Position numbers and translations under genes: made by a program
Part shown: positions 13,937-27,201 of the stretch, piece by piece
How positions within the stretch are numbered: the stretch's first letter is position 1
Layout: every line of letters begins with the position of its first letter
Notes under the pieces: generated by a model
The model's database searches: none
What the model saw: only the letters and a program-made list of their open reading frames with translations
What the model was told of the DNA's origin: nothing
Source: Leucoraja erinacea
Lineage: Eukaryota
Direction: 5' to 3'
Length of the DNA: 64,000 nucleotides
Assembly (NCBI RefSeq): GCF_028641065.1
Contig: NC_073405.1
Span: 13,640,001 to 13,704,000 of the forward strand

Positions 13937-14844
13937 TTATTCTAGCACTTTTTGTCCTTCACCAGGATAATGCCTGGATTGGAGGACTTTAGTTATGGGG
14001 GAAAATTGCAGGGATAAGACAGGCTTGGCTTGATTTTTGAAGGAGTCTGGGGGGGGAGGGGGGGAAGATTGTTCCCGATGTTGGGGAAGTCCAGGACCAG
14101 GGGTCACAGCTTAAGGATAAAGGGGAAATCCTTTAAAACTGAGATGAGAAGAACTTTTTTCACACAGAGAGTGGTGAATCTCTGGAACTCTCTGCCACAG
14201 AGGGTAGTTGAGGCCAGTTCATTGGCTATATTTAAGAGGGAGTTACATGTGGTCCTTGTGGCTAAGGGGGTCAGGGGGTATGGAGAGAAGGCAGGTACGG
14301 GATACTGAGTTGGATGATCAGCCATGATCATATTGAATGGCGGTGCAGGCTCGAAGGGCCGAATGGCCTACTCCTGCACCTAATTTCTATGTTTCTATGT
14401 ACAGCACAAAAACTGCCCCTTCAGCCACCATGTCTATTACCAACCTTTATACTCATTACACTGTATCATTTTGTGCCTTGTTTATTTAAGTCTCTGTCTA
14501 AATACAGTAATTGTATGATTCCACCACCTTTTTTGCCTGTATATCCCAGATATCAACCATTGTGCAAAATAAGACTTGCATCTCAGAACCACTTTAAATC
14601 TCCTTCCTATCCCAAAGCAATGTCCTGTTGTCTTTGATATCCCTATCATGGGGAAAAAGCATTTTGATTATTTACTCTTATATATGCCTCTCAAACTTTT
14701 TTCTACAGAGATCATACCCCCCCTCCCCCCCCAGACTCCTTCAAAAATCAAGCCAAGCCTGTCTTATCCCTGCAATTTTTCCCCATAACTAAAGTCCTCC
14801 AATCCAGGCAATATCCTGGTGAAGGACAAAAAGTGCTAGAATAA
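13937..14844. repeat. 128-bp inverted repeat (13937-14064 / 14717-14844)
   Basis: Arms are reverse complements with 2 mismatches, including matching G8-A-G7 / C7-T-C8 runs. Confidence 0.92.
14065..14400 (+). mobile_element. CR1 LINE 3' end
   Basis: Same C-terminal motif and ttctatgtttctatgt tail. Confidence 0.9.
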
Positions 14845-14981
14845 TTCAGTAGGTCAGGCAGCATCTCTGGAGAACAAGGATGGTTGACGTTTTGGGTCAA
14901 GATCCCTCTCCGAAGAGTCCTTTGGTCTTTTGACTTTGTGTCCTTTTGTGTATTAACCAGTATCTGCAGTTCTTTATTTCT
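14824..14981. mobile_element. Penelope-pLTR-derived mini-element, internally inverted
   Basis: 14-bp TSD aatatcctggtgaa at 14810-14823 and 14982-14995. Confidence 0.8.
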
Positions 14982-16173
14982 AATATCCTGGTGAATCCAC
15001 TTTGAAACCTGTTCAGAGCCTACACCGTACTCTCAAGTGCTGCGTGACCAGTGTTTTGTAAACTTGCAACATTACAACCCATAACTGCAGAATAAACCAC
15101 CTTTGGTTCCAAGTACACAATAACATGAGCAGGTTATTCACCTGTGTGGTTTAAGCGGTTGGAATTCGACATGGCCTTGGAGGAATGTAAAGAAAGGAGG
15201 AAAGATCACGCGGGAATTAGAATGGCTAAAAGGGGCCTCAAAATGTCTTTGATGAGACAGATTAAAGAAAATTCCCAGTGTTTGTGGAGAGAGACAGTAA
15301 ATTTATGTTACAGGTGGGTAACTCGCTGATCGGTACGTGTTGCAAGTGTACACTTGGAATCAAATAATTGAGTTGAGATGATAGAGCCAATACATTTTCA
15401 TGGTGATATTTTCATTCAGGGACAGCCATGGACACCGAACCATCAATAAATCATGGTCTAATTTTTAATGCCTTTTTTGATGCTAGTTGCTTCTCAACTG
15501 CTGATGCAGGTGCAGTTCTTTTGTTCCCAGGGAAAGATTTGTGATACACACATCCTCTCGATAACCTTGTAATCAGAGGACCAAGTGTTGAGATTTAAAT
15601 GCAATACTCGATCATATGCCTTACCTAATTTCACCAATTACTTTCCATTAAAGACCTCCCTTCAGTGAGTTTCTCATTACACTGTATCAGAGCTAGCTGA
15701 AATGTTATAAAACAATGTGAACAATCTCAAATCCACTTTCTCTGCAGAGTAGTCCCAGGCTCTATCGGGTCACAAGTGTCAGTATGAACATCTGAGTTGA
15801 TTTAGTGCCAGGGACCTGCAGGGTCAGGATTTTGATGGTCATGTTCCCACTGCACCAGTTTGCAGTTTGTCAACTGCAACAGTCCTAATGTTACGGCTGA
15901 ATTAGATTTACATATCTGTAATTTCCCCAATGTGGCAATGTGTCCCAAGTGGGATATATGCTGGACATTCCTTCATGGTCTCAGTGTTACTATCCTTGCC
16001 TGACTGTATAATCTGCCCATCTTCAACATGTGTGCTGCAACTGTTCAGGAAGGGGTCTCATCACCACAGCTAGAAATAGGAAGTTATTGGTTTACTGACA
16101 ATACCTACCTCCCAAGTATTACTACGAGGCTCTTAATTGCCAGCTGAGGGCCATATTGGAACAGCCCCAGTGA

Positions 16174-16722
<549 letters not shown>

Positions 16723-16826
16723 TGACACTTCGGGTTGGGACCCTTTTTCCAACTGATTGTGGTGGAGGTGGCAAGGAGGGGTGGCACAAAGCCGGCAAGT
16801 GATAAGTGGGTACAGTTGAAAGGGAG

Positions 16827-18207
16827 GTTACACAAAAAAGCTGGAGAAACTCAGCGGGTGCAGCAGCATCTATGGAGCAAAGGAAATAGGCAACGTTTCG
16901 GGCCGAAACCCTTCTTCAGACTGATCGGGGGCGGGGGTGGGTGGGGACAAGAAAGGGAAAAGGAGGAGGAGCCCGAAGGCTGGGGGATGGGAGGAGACAG
17001 CAGGGGGGCTGAGGAAGGGGAGGAGACAGCAAGGACTAACAAAATTGGGATAATTCGATGTTCATGCCCCCGGGGTGCAGACTCCCCAAACGGAATATGA
17101 GGTGCTGTTCCTCCAATTTCCGGTGCTGCTCGCTGTGGCCATGGAGGAGACCCAGGACAGAGAGGTCGGAGACGGAGTGGGAGGGGGAGTTGAAGTGCTG
17201 AGCCACCGGGAGGTCAGCTTGGTTATTGCGGACCGAGCGGAGGTGTTCGGCGAAACGATCGCCCAACCTCCGCTTGGTCTCACCGATATAGATCTGCTGA
17301 CATCTAGAGCAGCGGACGCAATAGATGAGGTTGGAAGAGATGCAGGTAAACCTCTGTCGCACCTGGAACGATTGCTTGGGTCCTTGAACGGAGTAGAGGG
17401 GGGAGGTAAAGGGACAAGTGTTGCATCTCTTGCGGTTGCAAGGGAAAGTGCCCGGGGAGGGGGTGGACCAAGAGGGAAGGGAAGAATTGACAAGGGAGTT
17501 ATGGAGGGAGCGGTCTTTGCGGAAGGCAGATATGGGGGGAGATGGGAAGATGTGGCGAGTGGTGGGGTCACGTTGGAGGTGGCGAAACTGACGGAGGATT
17601 ACTTTTTGTATGTGACGGCTGGTGGGGTGAAAGGTGAGGACTAGGGGGACTCGGCCCTTGTTGCGAGTGCGGGGATGGGGAGAGAGAGCAGTGTTGCGGG
17701 GTATGGAAGAGACCCTGGTGCGGGCCTCATTTATGGTGGAGGAGGGGAACCCCCGTTCCCTGAATAATGAGGACATTTCAGATGTCCTGGTGTGGAATGC
17801 CTCATCCGTGGAGCAGATGCGGCGTAGACGGAGGAATTGGGAGTAGGGGATGGAGTCCTTACAGGAAGCAGGGTGGGAAGAAGTGTAGTCCAGATAGCCA
17901 TGGGAGTCAGTGGGTTATGGGGAGTCTGCACCCCGGGGGCATGAACATCGAATTCTCCCAATTTTGTTAGTCCTTGCTGTCTCCTCCCCTTCCTCAGCCC
18001 CCCTGCTGTCTCCTCCCAGCCTTCGGGCTCCTCCTTTTCCCTTTCTTGTCCCCACCCACCCCCGCCCCCGATCAGTCTGAAGAAGGGTTTCGGCCCGAAA
18101 CGTTGCCTATTTCCTTCGCTCCATAGATGCTGCTGCACCCGCTGAGTTTCTCCAGCTTTTTTGTGTGTAACCTTCGATTCTCCAGCATCTGCAGTTCCCT
18201 CTTAAAC
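16827..18207 (-). mobile_element. Penelope-like retroelement, 5'-truncated, GIY-YIG endonuclease region, inverted pLTR
   Basis: ORF 17036-17776 has CNTC, NLIYCVRCSRC..IYIGETKRRLGDRFAEH, VAQHFN and GMNIE; about 260-bp inverted repeats; 15-bp TSD acagttgaaagggag at 16812-16826 and 18208-18222. Confidence 0.92.
18074..18108 (+). ncRNA. Candidate minimal type I hammerhead ribozyme in the Penelope pLTR (mirror copy on - at about 16890-16923)
   Basis: CUGAAGA + A + stem II gggu-UUCG-gccc + GAAA + palindromic (A)ACGU(U) with a GUU triplet; helix I is weak. Confidence 0.6.
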
Positions 18208-19356
18208 ACAGTTGAAAGGGAGTTTTGATTGGCAGATGTTTGGAGATGAAAAGACAAAAGATGTGAGAAAAGGATAGAAGAGATGCGAAATGTGAATCCA
18301 GAGGAAGAATTATAGGTGGAAGAGGAAGAAATGGGTGTGAGTCCGGGTGGGGCACAGAGGGGGGAGAAAAAGGCGGGATTGGTTGTAGGTCAGTTATGTA
18401 AAATTCAATGTCCCTACTGTTAGGTTATAAGCTACCCAAGCGGAATGTAACTTGGAGCAGCCTGTGAAAAAGTTGATGATTTGATGCTGTTCCTAATATG
18501 TCCAAACCCTTCCCTCTTCCCCCAATCTCATCTCCCCCAACCTTCCATTAATTTCAATACTTCTCCACACTGCTCATTCTAAAGTCTACTGCAAATGAGA
18601 TTCCCGGAGCAAGCCAAGTATTATATTTAAGTTGAAAATCCGGGAAGATACACAACTAGCAGATTGCAGAACGAGGTCATTTGAGCCATCGTTTTGTGTC
18701 TGTATTTTCTCTTTGAGGGTGTATTCAATTCTTCATCATTGCCTTCCAAATCACAGCTTGAGTCAAGACTCCTGGACTTTCTCATGTGTTAAGTGTGATT
18801 CCTTGGATCAACTGCTGCCCTTCCCAGGGTCAGCAGATTTCAGACACAACTCCATTGGCCCATGCACTTTGACCTGGACTTCCCTTTGCACATCAACTAC
18901 TGACTGGATTTGTTATGGTGATATCTTAATCCAATTGCATGAAAGTTTCAGTAAGTTTATAGAGGCTTGGAGCGCACTAATTAATACTGATATAATGACT
19001 TACCTAGACAGAGTCTAACCATGTGCAGAGGTGTGCTGTCCAGGTACAAAGATGCACGCTCTAGCCCACACCTTTTTCCACCTCCTCCCATTCTCCAATT
19101 TTCCCAGGACCTCCTAACAATTTTGTCTCCTTAAACCCTTCCACTCTTCCCTCTCCTTTAAATCCAGAGTCAGTGACACATCAAACGGTGAGGATAATTT
19201 TGCTGCAGTTCAGATATGTGAAAGGCATTGAGTGACACAAGGATTGGGATCAAAGCCCAGCACAAACAAAGGGCGAAATGATGCCACAACAATGGATCAG
19301 ATGAATTGTCTGCAGTGCTGCATATTCAGTGAAGAGTTAAGTATGGCACTGCCTCG

Positions 19357-19825
19357 AGTCAAGTCAAGTTCATTGTCTATGCATAATGATGGTGAGGTTT
19401 AGGTGCCATGAAGAACTTGCACGCAGCAGCATCACAGGCACATAGACTCGGACAACGAGAACATAAATTATACATAATAGTGAAAAGAAAAGAAACAAAC
19501 CATTCAGCAGAACCGTCGAGAAAACGACATGGCCCGCCCGGATGGTGGGGATCCCTTATAATTAGATGTTGCTTCCTTGAGCGAGTATCTCATGGAGATA
19601 CTTTCAATGGCGTGGATGACTGTACCCTTGATGAACTGAGCAGTGTTTTGGGGCTTGGTGAAGAGTTTGGAGGGGGTGATAGTGTTGAATTCTGAGCTGT
19701 AGTTGATGAACAGCAGTCTACCATATTGGTTCCTGTTAGGCAGGTGGCTCAGAGCAGAGTTGAGAGGCAGTGAGATAGCATCTGCCATTGGCCTGAATTG
19801 TGCAGGCAAGTTGAAGCAGATCCAG
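19357..19825 (-). mobile_element. Rex1/Babar-type LINE fragment with internal deletion
   Basis: ADAISLPLNSALSHL...RLLFINYSSEFNTITPSKL is Rex1-type RT; (cttga)n-like tail near 19357. Confidence 0.7.
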
Positions 19826-21284
19826 GTCAGAGATTCCACTCACGAGGATATCTCATCTGTTGCACTGTGGTGGTTGCACTTTGAGTCATTGTAATAAAGA
19901 ATGCCATGGGTGCATTAGATGTTACCAAGTGTTGTGGTTTGCAGTGGGTGGTGGTTTCTGTCGGGAACTATTTATCCCACCTGCCTCGCACTCCTGTGCG
20001 TGTACAATGTAGTATGGAGCTCAGAGACCATGGTGTATGTTTAGAGTGGGTGGAGGGGCGTGGATGCACTTCGCATCTGAGCTGTCGGCTTTGCACCAAC
20101 CGGGTTTGGGTAAGTTTACCTAAACTTTTGATTATTTTTTTGCACAGTCAGGATGCAAATAACATCTCTAACTAATTCTGCAGCGTTTGTATGTACCCCT
20201 GAGCACTGTTCACATTATTGTGGGTGGAGTACTGCTGTAATGGACCAGACCCGACGCTCTGCTGCAGGAGGGACTTTGCTCTCAGCCTCCCTTCCATGGC
20301 CTTGCTGCGAGGTGACGTGGGTCACATGTGACAAGAGTCTGGGACATTTCCAGCTAAACCTGCACTGATGAAATGTCCGCAGTGCTTGGGGAAGTTTCAA
20401 AGCAGTTTGTATGGAGCACAACAATTCATTGAAAAGTTGTTTAAAGCACCACCATTCTGTTAATTTTTGGAAAAAGGCGTGCGGGTGTGACTAGAGTCCT
20501 CAGGGACCTCATCCCCAGACTTCTCGTTGTGAAATTTTGCTAATCATCTTTTAGTATTGAGGCTAGGTTACCATAATTACATTGCTGGATGTGAGTATTT
20601 ACTGCCTACAGATTGGCGGATGTATTAACAACGTTCTAACCGCAGATTACACTTCAAATGAATTATAATTGACTGCAAAATTCTGAGCTGTTATACAAAC
20701 ACAAGTCTTCGTCTTTCCTGGACAGAACATTTCAATTCCATGTTGAGTATTTTACGTTGCAGCTGATCCATTCACCATCAACCACTTGATTTCCACCTGC
20801 TTGTCACATCATACGGTGGGAATGGGAGGGACCTGCTGCAAGTGTGAGTGCACACTTTAAGGAGTATGGGGCGAAAGCAGGAGCGGGGTACTGATTATGG
20901 ATGTTCAACCATGATCGTATTGAATGGCGGTACTGGCGCGAAAGGCCGAATGGCCTACCCCTGCACCTATTTTCTATGTTAACCTATGACTCCATCAACA
21001 CCTCAGTGCATCAGCAAGGCCAGCAGCATAATCAAGGACCAGTCTCGCCCTGGTCCTACTCTCGCTTTGAAAATACATACCTCCAGATTCAGGGACAGTT
21101 TATTCTCAGCTGTTATCAGGCAATTGAACCGTCCTCCAATCAACTAGATATGGGTCCTGGCCTCCCATCAACCTTGCTGGAGACCTTCAAACTATCTTTA
21201 ATCAAACTTTAGTGGACTTTATCTTGCGCCAAAAGTTATACCCTTTATTCTGTATCTGATAAGTGTGGACGGCTTAGTTTTAAT

Positions 21285-22869
21285 AATAATAATACATTTT
21301 ATTTATGGGCGCCTTTCAAGAGTCTCAAGGACTCCTTACAAAAATTTAGCAGGTAGAGGAAAAACATGTAAGGGGAATGAAATAAATAGTAGAGACATGA
21401 CTAGTGCACAAAGTAAAGACAGAATACAATTCAAAACACAATATGAGGCAATTAATGCACAGATGAAAAGGGAGGGGGACGTGGGGCTAAGGATAGGCAG
21501 AGGTGAAGAGATGGGTCTTGATGCGGGACTGGAAGATGGTGAGGGACACGGAATTGCGGATCAGTTGGGGGAGGGAGTTCCAGAGCCTGGGAGCTGCCCT
21601 GGAGAAGGCTCTGTCCCCAAAACTGCGGAGGTTGGACTTGTGGATGGAGAGGAGACCGGCTGATGTGGATCTGAGGGACCGTGAGGGTTGGTAGGGGGAG
21701 AGGAGGTCAGTGAGATATGGGGGGGCCAGATGGTGGAGGGCTTTGTAGGTGAGGACCAGGATTTTGTAGGTGATCCGGTGGGAGATGGGAAGCCAGTGAA
21801 GTTGTTTGAGGACTGGAGTGATGCGATGCCAGGATTTGGTGTGGGTGATGAGTCGGGCGGCTACGTTCTAGGCCAGTTGGAGTCGGTTGACGTAGGTGGA
21901 GCTGATGCCAAGGAGAAGTGAGTTGCAATAGTCCAGTCGGGAGGAGACGAAGGCATGGATGAGTCTTTCAGCAGCGGGAGGTGTGAGAGAGGGTCTGAGT
22001 TTGGCGATGTTGCGGAGATGAAAGAAGGAGGTTTTAATGACATGGCGGATGTGAGGCTCAAGGGAGAGGGTGGAATCAAAGATCACGCCAAGGTTGCAGG
22101 CCTTGGGAGATGGGGAGACAGTGGTGCCGTCGATGGTGAGAGTGGGGTTATTGATTTTGCTGAGTGTGGCTTTGGCGCCTATGAGGAGGAATTCTGTCTT
22201 ATTGCTGTTGAGTTTGAGGAAGTTATGTTGCATCCAGGTTTTTATAGCTGACAAACAGGAGTTGATATGGGAGGTGGGGGGATTTGGTGCCGAGGTAGAT
22301 CTGGGTGTCATCGGCGTAACAGTGGAAGTCCAGGTTGAAGTGGCGGAGTATCTGACCAAGGGGGAGGATGTAGATGATGAAGAGGAGGGGGCCGAGTACG
22401 GAGCCTTGGGGAACGCCTTGAGTGACTGTGGCTGTAGCAGAGTTGTGGTTGTGGAGAGAGATGAAGTGGGATCTGTTGGAAAGGTAGGAACGGAGCCAGC
22501 TGAGTGCAGAGCCTTCAATGCCGAGGTCTTTGAGTCTAGTGAGCAGGATGTTGTGGTTCACTGCATCGAAGGCTGCGCTCAGGTCGAGGAGGATGAGGAT
22601 GTTGAGGGAACCAGTGTCAGCAAAGGTGAGGAGGTCGTTGAGGACTTTGAGGAGAGCAGCTTCTGTGCTATGGAGGGGCGAAAGCCAGATTGGAGGGGTT
22701 CAAGTAGGTTATACGCAAGGAGGTGGGAATGAAGTTGCGACGCAACGATACGCTCCAGGGTTTTTGAAAGAAAGGGGAGGTTTGAGATTGGGCGGTAGTT
22801 AATGAGAGAGGAGGGATCAAGACCAGGTTTCTTTAAGATTGGTGTGACAGCAGCAGTTTTGAAAGCGGA
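21285..22869 (-). mobile_element. L2-clade LINE, 5'-truncated
   Basis: GVPQGSVLGPLLF, HCYADDTQIY, FFHLRNIAKLRP and SRLDYCNSLL motifs; (TAT)n tail; 10-bp TSD tagttttaat at 21275-21284 and 22870-22879. Confidence 0.9.
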
Positions 22870-22974
22870 TAGTTTTAATCATGTATAGTCTTTTCACTGA
22901 CTGGATAGCAAGTAACAAAAAGCTTTTCACTACCTGGCTTCATGTGACAATAATAAACTAAATGATCTACAGAA

Positions 22975-23835
22975 CATCAACGTCTCCATCACAGGACACA
23001 AACTATATTATAAACCCACTGACTCCCATAGCTATCTAGACTACACTTCTTCCCACCCTGCTTCCTGTAAAGACTCTATCCCCATCAACCAATTTCTCCG
23101 TCTACGCCGCATCTGCGCCCAAGATGAGGTTTGACATACCAGGTCATCGGAGATGTCCTCATTCTTTAGGGAACAGGGGTTCCCCTCTTCCATGATAGAT
23201 GAGGCCCTCACTACGGTCTCCTCGTTATCCCGCAGCTCTGCTCTTGCTCCCCCCCCCCCCCCCTCCCATTCGTAACAGGGACAGAGTCCCCCTTGTCCTC
23301 ACCTTCCACCTCATCAGCCGTCGCATACAGCATATAATCGTCTGACATTTTTGCCACCTCCAACGAGATCTCACTACTAGCCACTTCTTCCCATCTCCAC
23401 CCCTATCCGCGTTCTGCAGAGACCGTTCCCTCCGCAACTCCCTGGTTAACTCGTCCCTTCCCAACGAAACCATCCCCTCCCCAGGTACTTTCCTCTGCAA
23501 CCGCAGGAAATGCAACACCTGTCCCTATACCTCCTCCCTCAACTCTGTCCAAGGACCCAACAGTCTTTCCAGGTGAGGCAGAGGTTTACTTGCACCCCTT
23601 CCAACCTCGCCTACTGTATCCTCTGTTCCAGGTGTGGACTCCTGTATTTCGGCGAGACTAAGCACAGGCTTGGCGATTGTTTTGCTGAACACCTCCGCTC
23701 AGTCCACCTAAACCTACCTGAAATCCACATTGCTCAACACTTTAACTCCCACTCCCATTCCCACACTGACCTTTCTGTCCTCGGCCTCCTCCATTGTCAG
23801 AGTGAGGCCAAACACAAATTGGAGGAACAGCATTT
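22975..23835 (+). mobile_element. Degenerate Penelope-like element (RT C-terminus plus GIY-YIG)
   Basis: Collinear homology with the 17036-17900 element; LAYCILCSRCGLLYFGETKHRLGDCFAEHLRSV; frameshifts and stops. Confidence 0.9.
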
Positions 23836-23970
23836 TGTGTCTATCTTCAGCACATCTTGAATGCAAGTTGCAAATGTCAGAGATAGCCTTTGCTGAACAA
23901 TATCTCTACAAAGCTTCATGTCCAATGGAAGCTTTTGCAATAATCATCCTATTCAGAGAGAGGATGATAA

Positions 23971-24234
<264 letters not shown>

Positions 24235-24763
24235 TGACAGCTACAAACATCTGTCAGTTAGTCCCTGGGAATTCTGGCATCAATTCTCAGTGCTAGAATT
24301 ATTGGGAGTCGGCACATTGCTGCTCACACAGTTTAATATGTAAACTTACTTTGATATCCAAGTCCAGTCTCTAACACTGGTACAATGAGAGACCTGTCCC
24401 TGCAATATTGCGGATATACACTGACAGATTTATACCAGCCAGTACTACAGTGACTGACCCAAGTGCAGCAGTGCTACATCCAAGGGTTAATGACAGACCT
24501 GTACTCACCAGTGCACTGCATATATGTGTGTGTGTGCGCACAACAAGGTGTTTTAATTACCCAATTTATCCACATGGTCACCCCAGTTTTACCCTGTAGA
24601 GACGCACCATCCCCTATCCTTCCTGCAACTTAACAAGCTCCTTTTGTCTCCTTCCGAGATTTGATGAAAGTTTTATAATCGGAATCATTACCCCAGTTTC
24701 TCTTCCCGCAGGTACCACTTGAGCTGCTTAGTGTTTCTGGCATATTATGGTTTTTAACTTAGA

Positions 24764-25887
24764 CTAGACTAAGTGGGACCCATTGGGTTCCTGTCACACG
24801 GGAGGCCGTGTGACAGGACCCGTTCCCCCAACGCAATATTCCACCACTCACCCATAGCCCCCAACTGCGCAGGCTTGACTCATTTCCCCGCATCCCCAGC
24901 ACACTCTCCCCCCTCTTCACCCTCCCTCTTCTTTCCCCTCTCCTCCTCCCCTCCCCAATCCATCACCTCTCCCTCCCTCTTCTTTCCTCGACCCTCAGTC
25001 ACTCCCTCCATAACTCATCTCCCCTCCCTACCCCCCTCCTATCCCTCCATTCCCCCACCTCCCACGATCCCCCCCCACTATCGCTCCTCACTTGCCCCAC
25101 TGGCCACCTCTCCCTCTATTTCCCACTCCCTACCTACCCCACTTCTCCTCCTCCCTCCTCCCCACTCTCCCTCCTCACCTCCTCCCTCTTCTTTCCCCTC
25201 TCCTACCATCCCCAATTCCTCCCTCACCTCTCCTTTCTCCTACCCTCAGTCACTCCCTCCCTCCATAACTCCTCTTCTTCTATCGCCCCCCCTTCCTCCT
25301 CCACTTTCCCCTCCCACTCCCTCCCTACCCCCTCCTCTCCCTCAATCCCTCCCAGTCTCCCTCCTCACCTCCCCCACTTCCTCCCCCTCTCCCTCCCTAC
25401 CCCCCCTCTCCTCAATCCCCCAGTCTCCCTCCTCACCTCCCCCACTTCCCTCAATTTCCCCCACTCTCCCTCCTTATCTCCCCAGGATCTCGAGGTTCAT
25501 GCTCCTCTGACCGGAGGTTGCCTTGACCCGAGGCCGCTCCGACCGGAAACCGTGCCTGTCAAGGCCGGGCAGAGACAGGCGCCGCCGGTGACTGACAGCT
25601 GACGCAGCCAATCAGTGCGGCGATGGTGCAGGAAGGGGCGTTGCGGTCCCAGCGGTGACTGACGGGAGAGGAGACCAATCTGCGCATGCGCGGTTTTAAA
25701 GATTTTTAAGCCTTAACTTTTAAAATATACCACCAATCAGAACAAAACTTGTTGCACTTGCAGCACAGGAGAATGGTCAGTAAGGTGGCAAAAATCGTAG
25801 CGCCATCGTGTACTGTTTTTGCGCAAATGTAAAAACAGCGCAAACCGGAAGATAACAAGATGAGAGTTTTAGTTATGTATGGATAGA
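24764..25887 (-). mobile_element. Non-autonomous Helitron
   Basis: Minus strand begins TC(tatccatacataactaaaactctc) after an A and ends CTAG before a T; subterminal hairpin ggaccca-t-tgggttcc; internal pyrimidine low-complexity tract; no TSD. Confidence 0.75.
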
Positions 25888-25891
25888 TATG

Positions 25892-25894
<3 letters not shown>

Positions 25895-25930
<36 letters not shown>
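25895..25930 (+). repeat. (AG)n microsatellite
   Basis: About 18 perfect AG units next to the Helitron 5' end. Confidence 0.95.
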
Positions 25931-25935
<5 letters not shown>

Positions 25936-26259
25936 TAAAGAAAGAGAGAGAGATAAATACCCAACATCTGCAATTTTGGGGCTTTTTGCTCTCTGGAAAT
26001 TTTGGCTGGCGAGTGATTTCTTTTTCTTTGAAAGAAAAAGGTTATTGTGAATTTGCGGGAATTAATTCAGCTTACCAAGACCTAACATTCCAGTCAAGAA
26101 AATTATCTTCAGGAATAGAAAGGGATATTTATTCTGAAGGAATGTGGAGAGTGGTAGAGGGATTGTTGCCCAAGACTTGAGCCAGACATCTGCCTGAAGT
26201 TTAGTAGAAATGAATTGGTTATGGTGTAGAAAGGACAAACGATGCATTTTACTTTGCAG

Positions 26260-26346
26260 GAAATTGAACAACGGATACTGCAGCAGACAACTTCCAGTGT
26301 ACAGAGTAAGCAAGACTCTGCAGTTCAACACCATACGTTCAAACAG
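26260..26346 (+). CDS. GATAD2A: GATAD2A exon
   Basis: ttgcag/gtatgg boundaries, 87 bp; EIEQRILQQTTSSVQSKQDSAVQHHTFKQ. Confidence 0.92.
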
Positions 26347-26419
26347 GTATGGAAGGCAAGTAGCATCTAAATTAATCATTGTATTTTAAAGCGCTTAATT
26401 GGCTTGGCTTCGATTGATT

Positions 26420-26715
26420 GAAAGATAAAGCATGGAAACGGGCAGTTCAACCCATCGAGCCCATGCTGACCATCGATAATCCATTCACACTGGTTCTATG
26501 TTTACCCACGTTCTCATTCACTACCAATAATTTACAGAGGGCAGTTAACCTACAAACCTGCACATCATTGGCATGTTGGAAACCGGAGCACCCGAAGGAA
26601 ACCCATGTGGTCATATAGAACTTGCAAGCTCCACACAGAGAGCATTCGAGTTCAGGATTGAACAGAGATCTCTGGCGCTGTGAGGTAGCAGCTCTACCAT
26701 CTGCGCTACTGTGCA
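26420..26715 (-). mobile_element. tRNA-derived SINE, same family
   Basis: Reverse-complement homology with 48191-48505. Confidence 0.78.
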
Positions 26716-27023
26716 AAGCATTGCCATTTTTAAATAACTCGAACCACTGGGGAATAATAGCCCATTTTTAATGTTTCAGGGCTGCCTGCATCAGTTTGCT
26801 CTTTGCGAAATAAAAGAGAGCGTTACTTGCTCTGCAACCCATTGCGCACTGAGCTGCACATTCTTCCTTCCACTCCTTGTGTTCAGGATGAAAGTTGCTG
26901 ACTTTCTCCAGAATCCATTTCTTTTTCATTCAGACTTGAGTGTTTGAATGTTGGAATGTGACATGAAGAGCCAACATTTGAAGGTAAAGGTCCATTCATT
27001 TACACTTGAATGTCATGTTGCAG

Positions 27024-27201
27024 AGCTCCAGCCAGCTGTCTCGAGGACCTCAGTCAACCACAGCCCGGGGAGTGTTGCACACGTTTAGCCAGTCATCCCA
27101 GCTGCAGAATGTGTCTCTCGTCAGCAGGCAGGGCAAGCACGGCGAGAGAGCCGGGGGGAAAGGCAACACCACAGCCTGGAGGAAGCAGATCTCCAACACA
27201 G
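27024..27201 (+). CDS. GATAD2A: GATAD2A exon
   Basis: ttgcag/gtaggc boundaries; [29 protein letters not shown]...WRKQISNT. Confidence 0.9.

Noticed and set aside
24773-25510. 245-aa Pro/Ser-rich ORF
   Set aside because: Translation of the C/T low-complexity tract inside a Helitron; no ATG start and no domain
26934-26983. Possible extra GATAD2A micro-exon or 5' extension (ttcag...aag|gtaaag)
   Set aside because: In-frame TGA at the second codon, and the remaining intron would be only 40 nt
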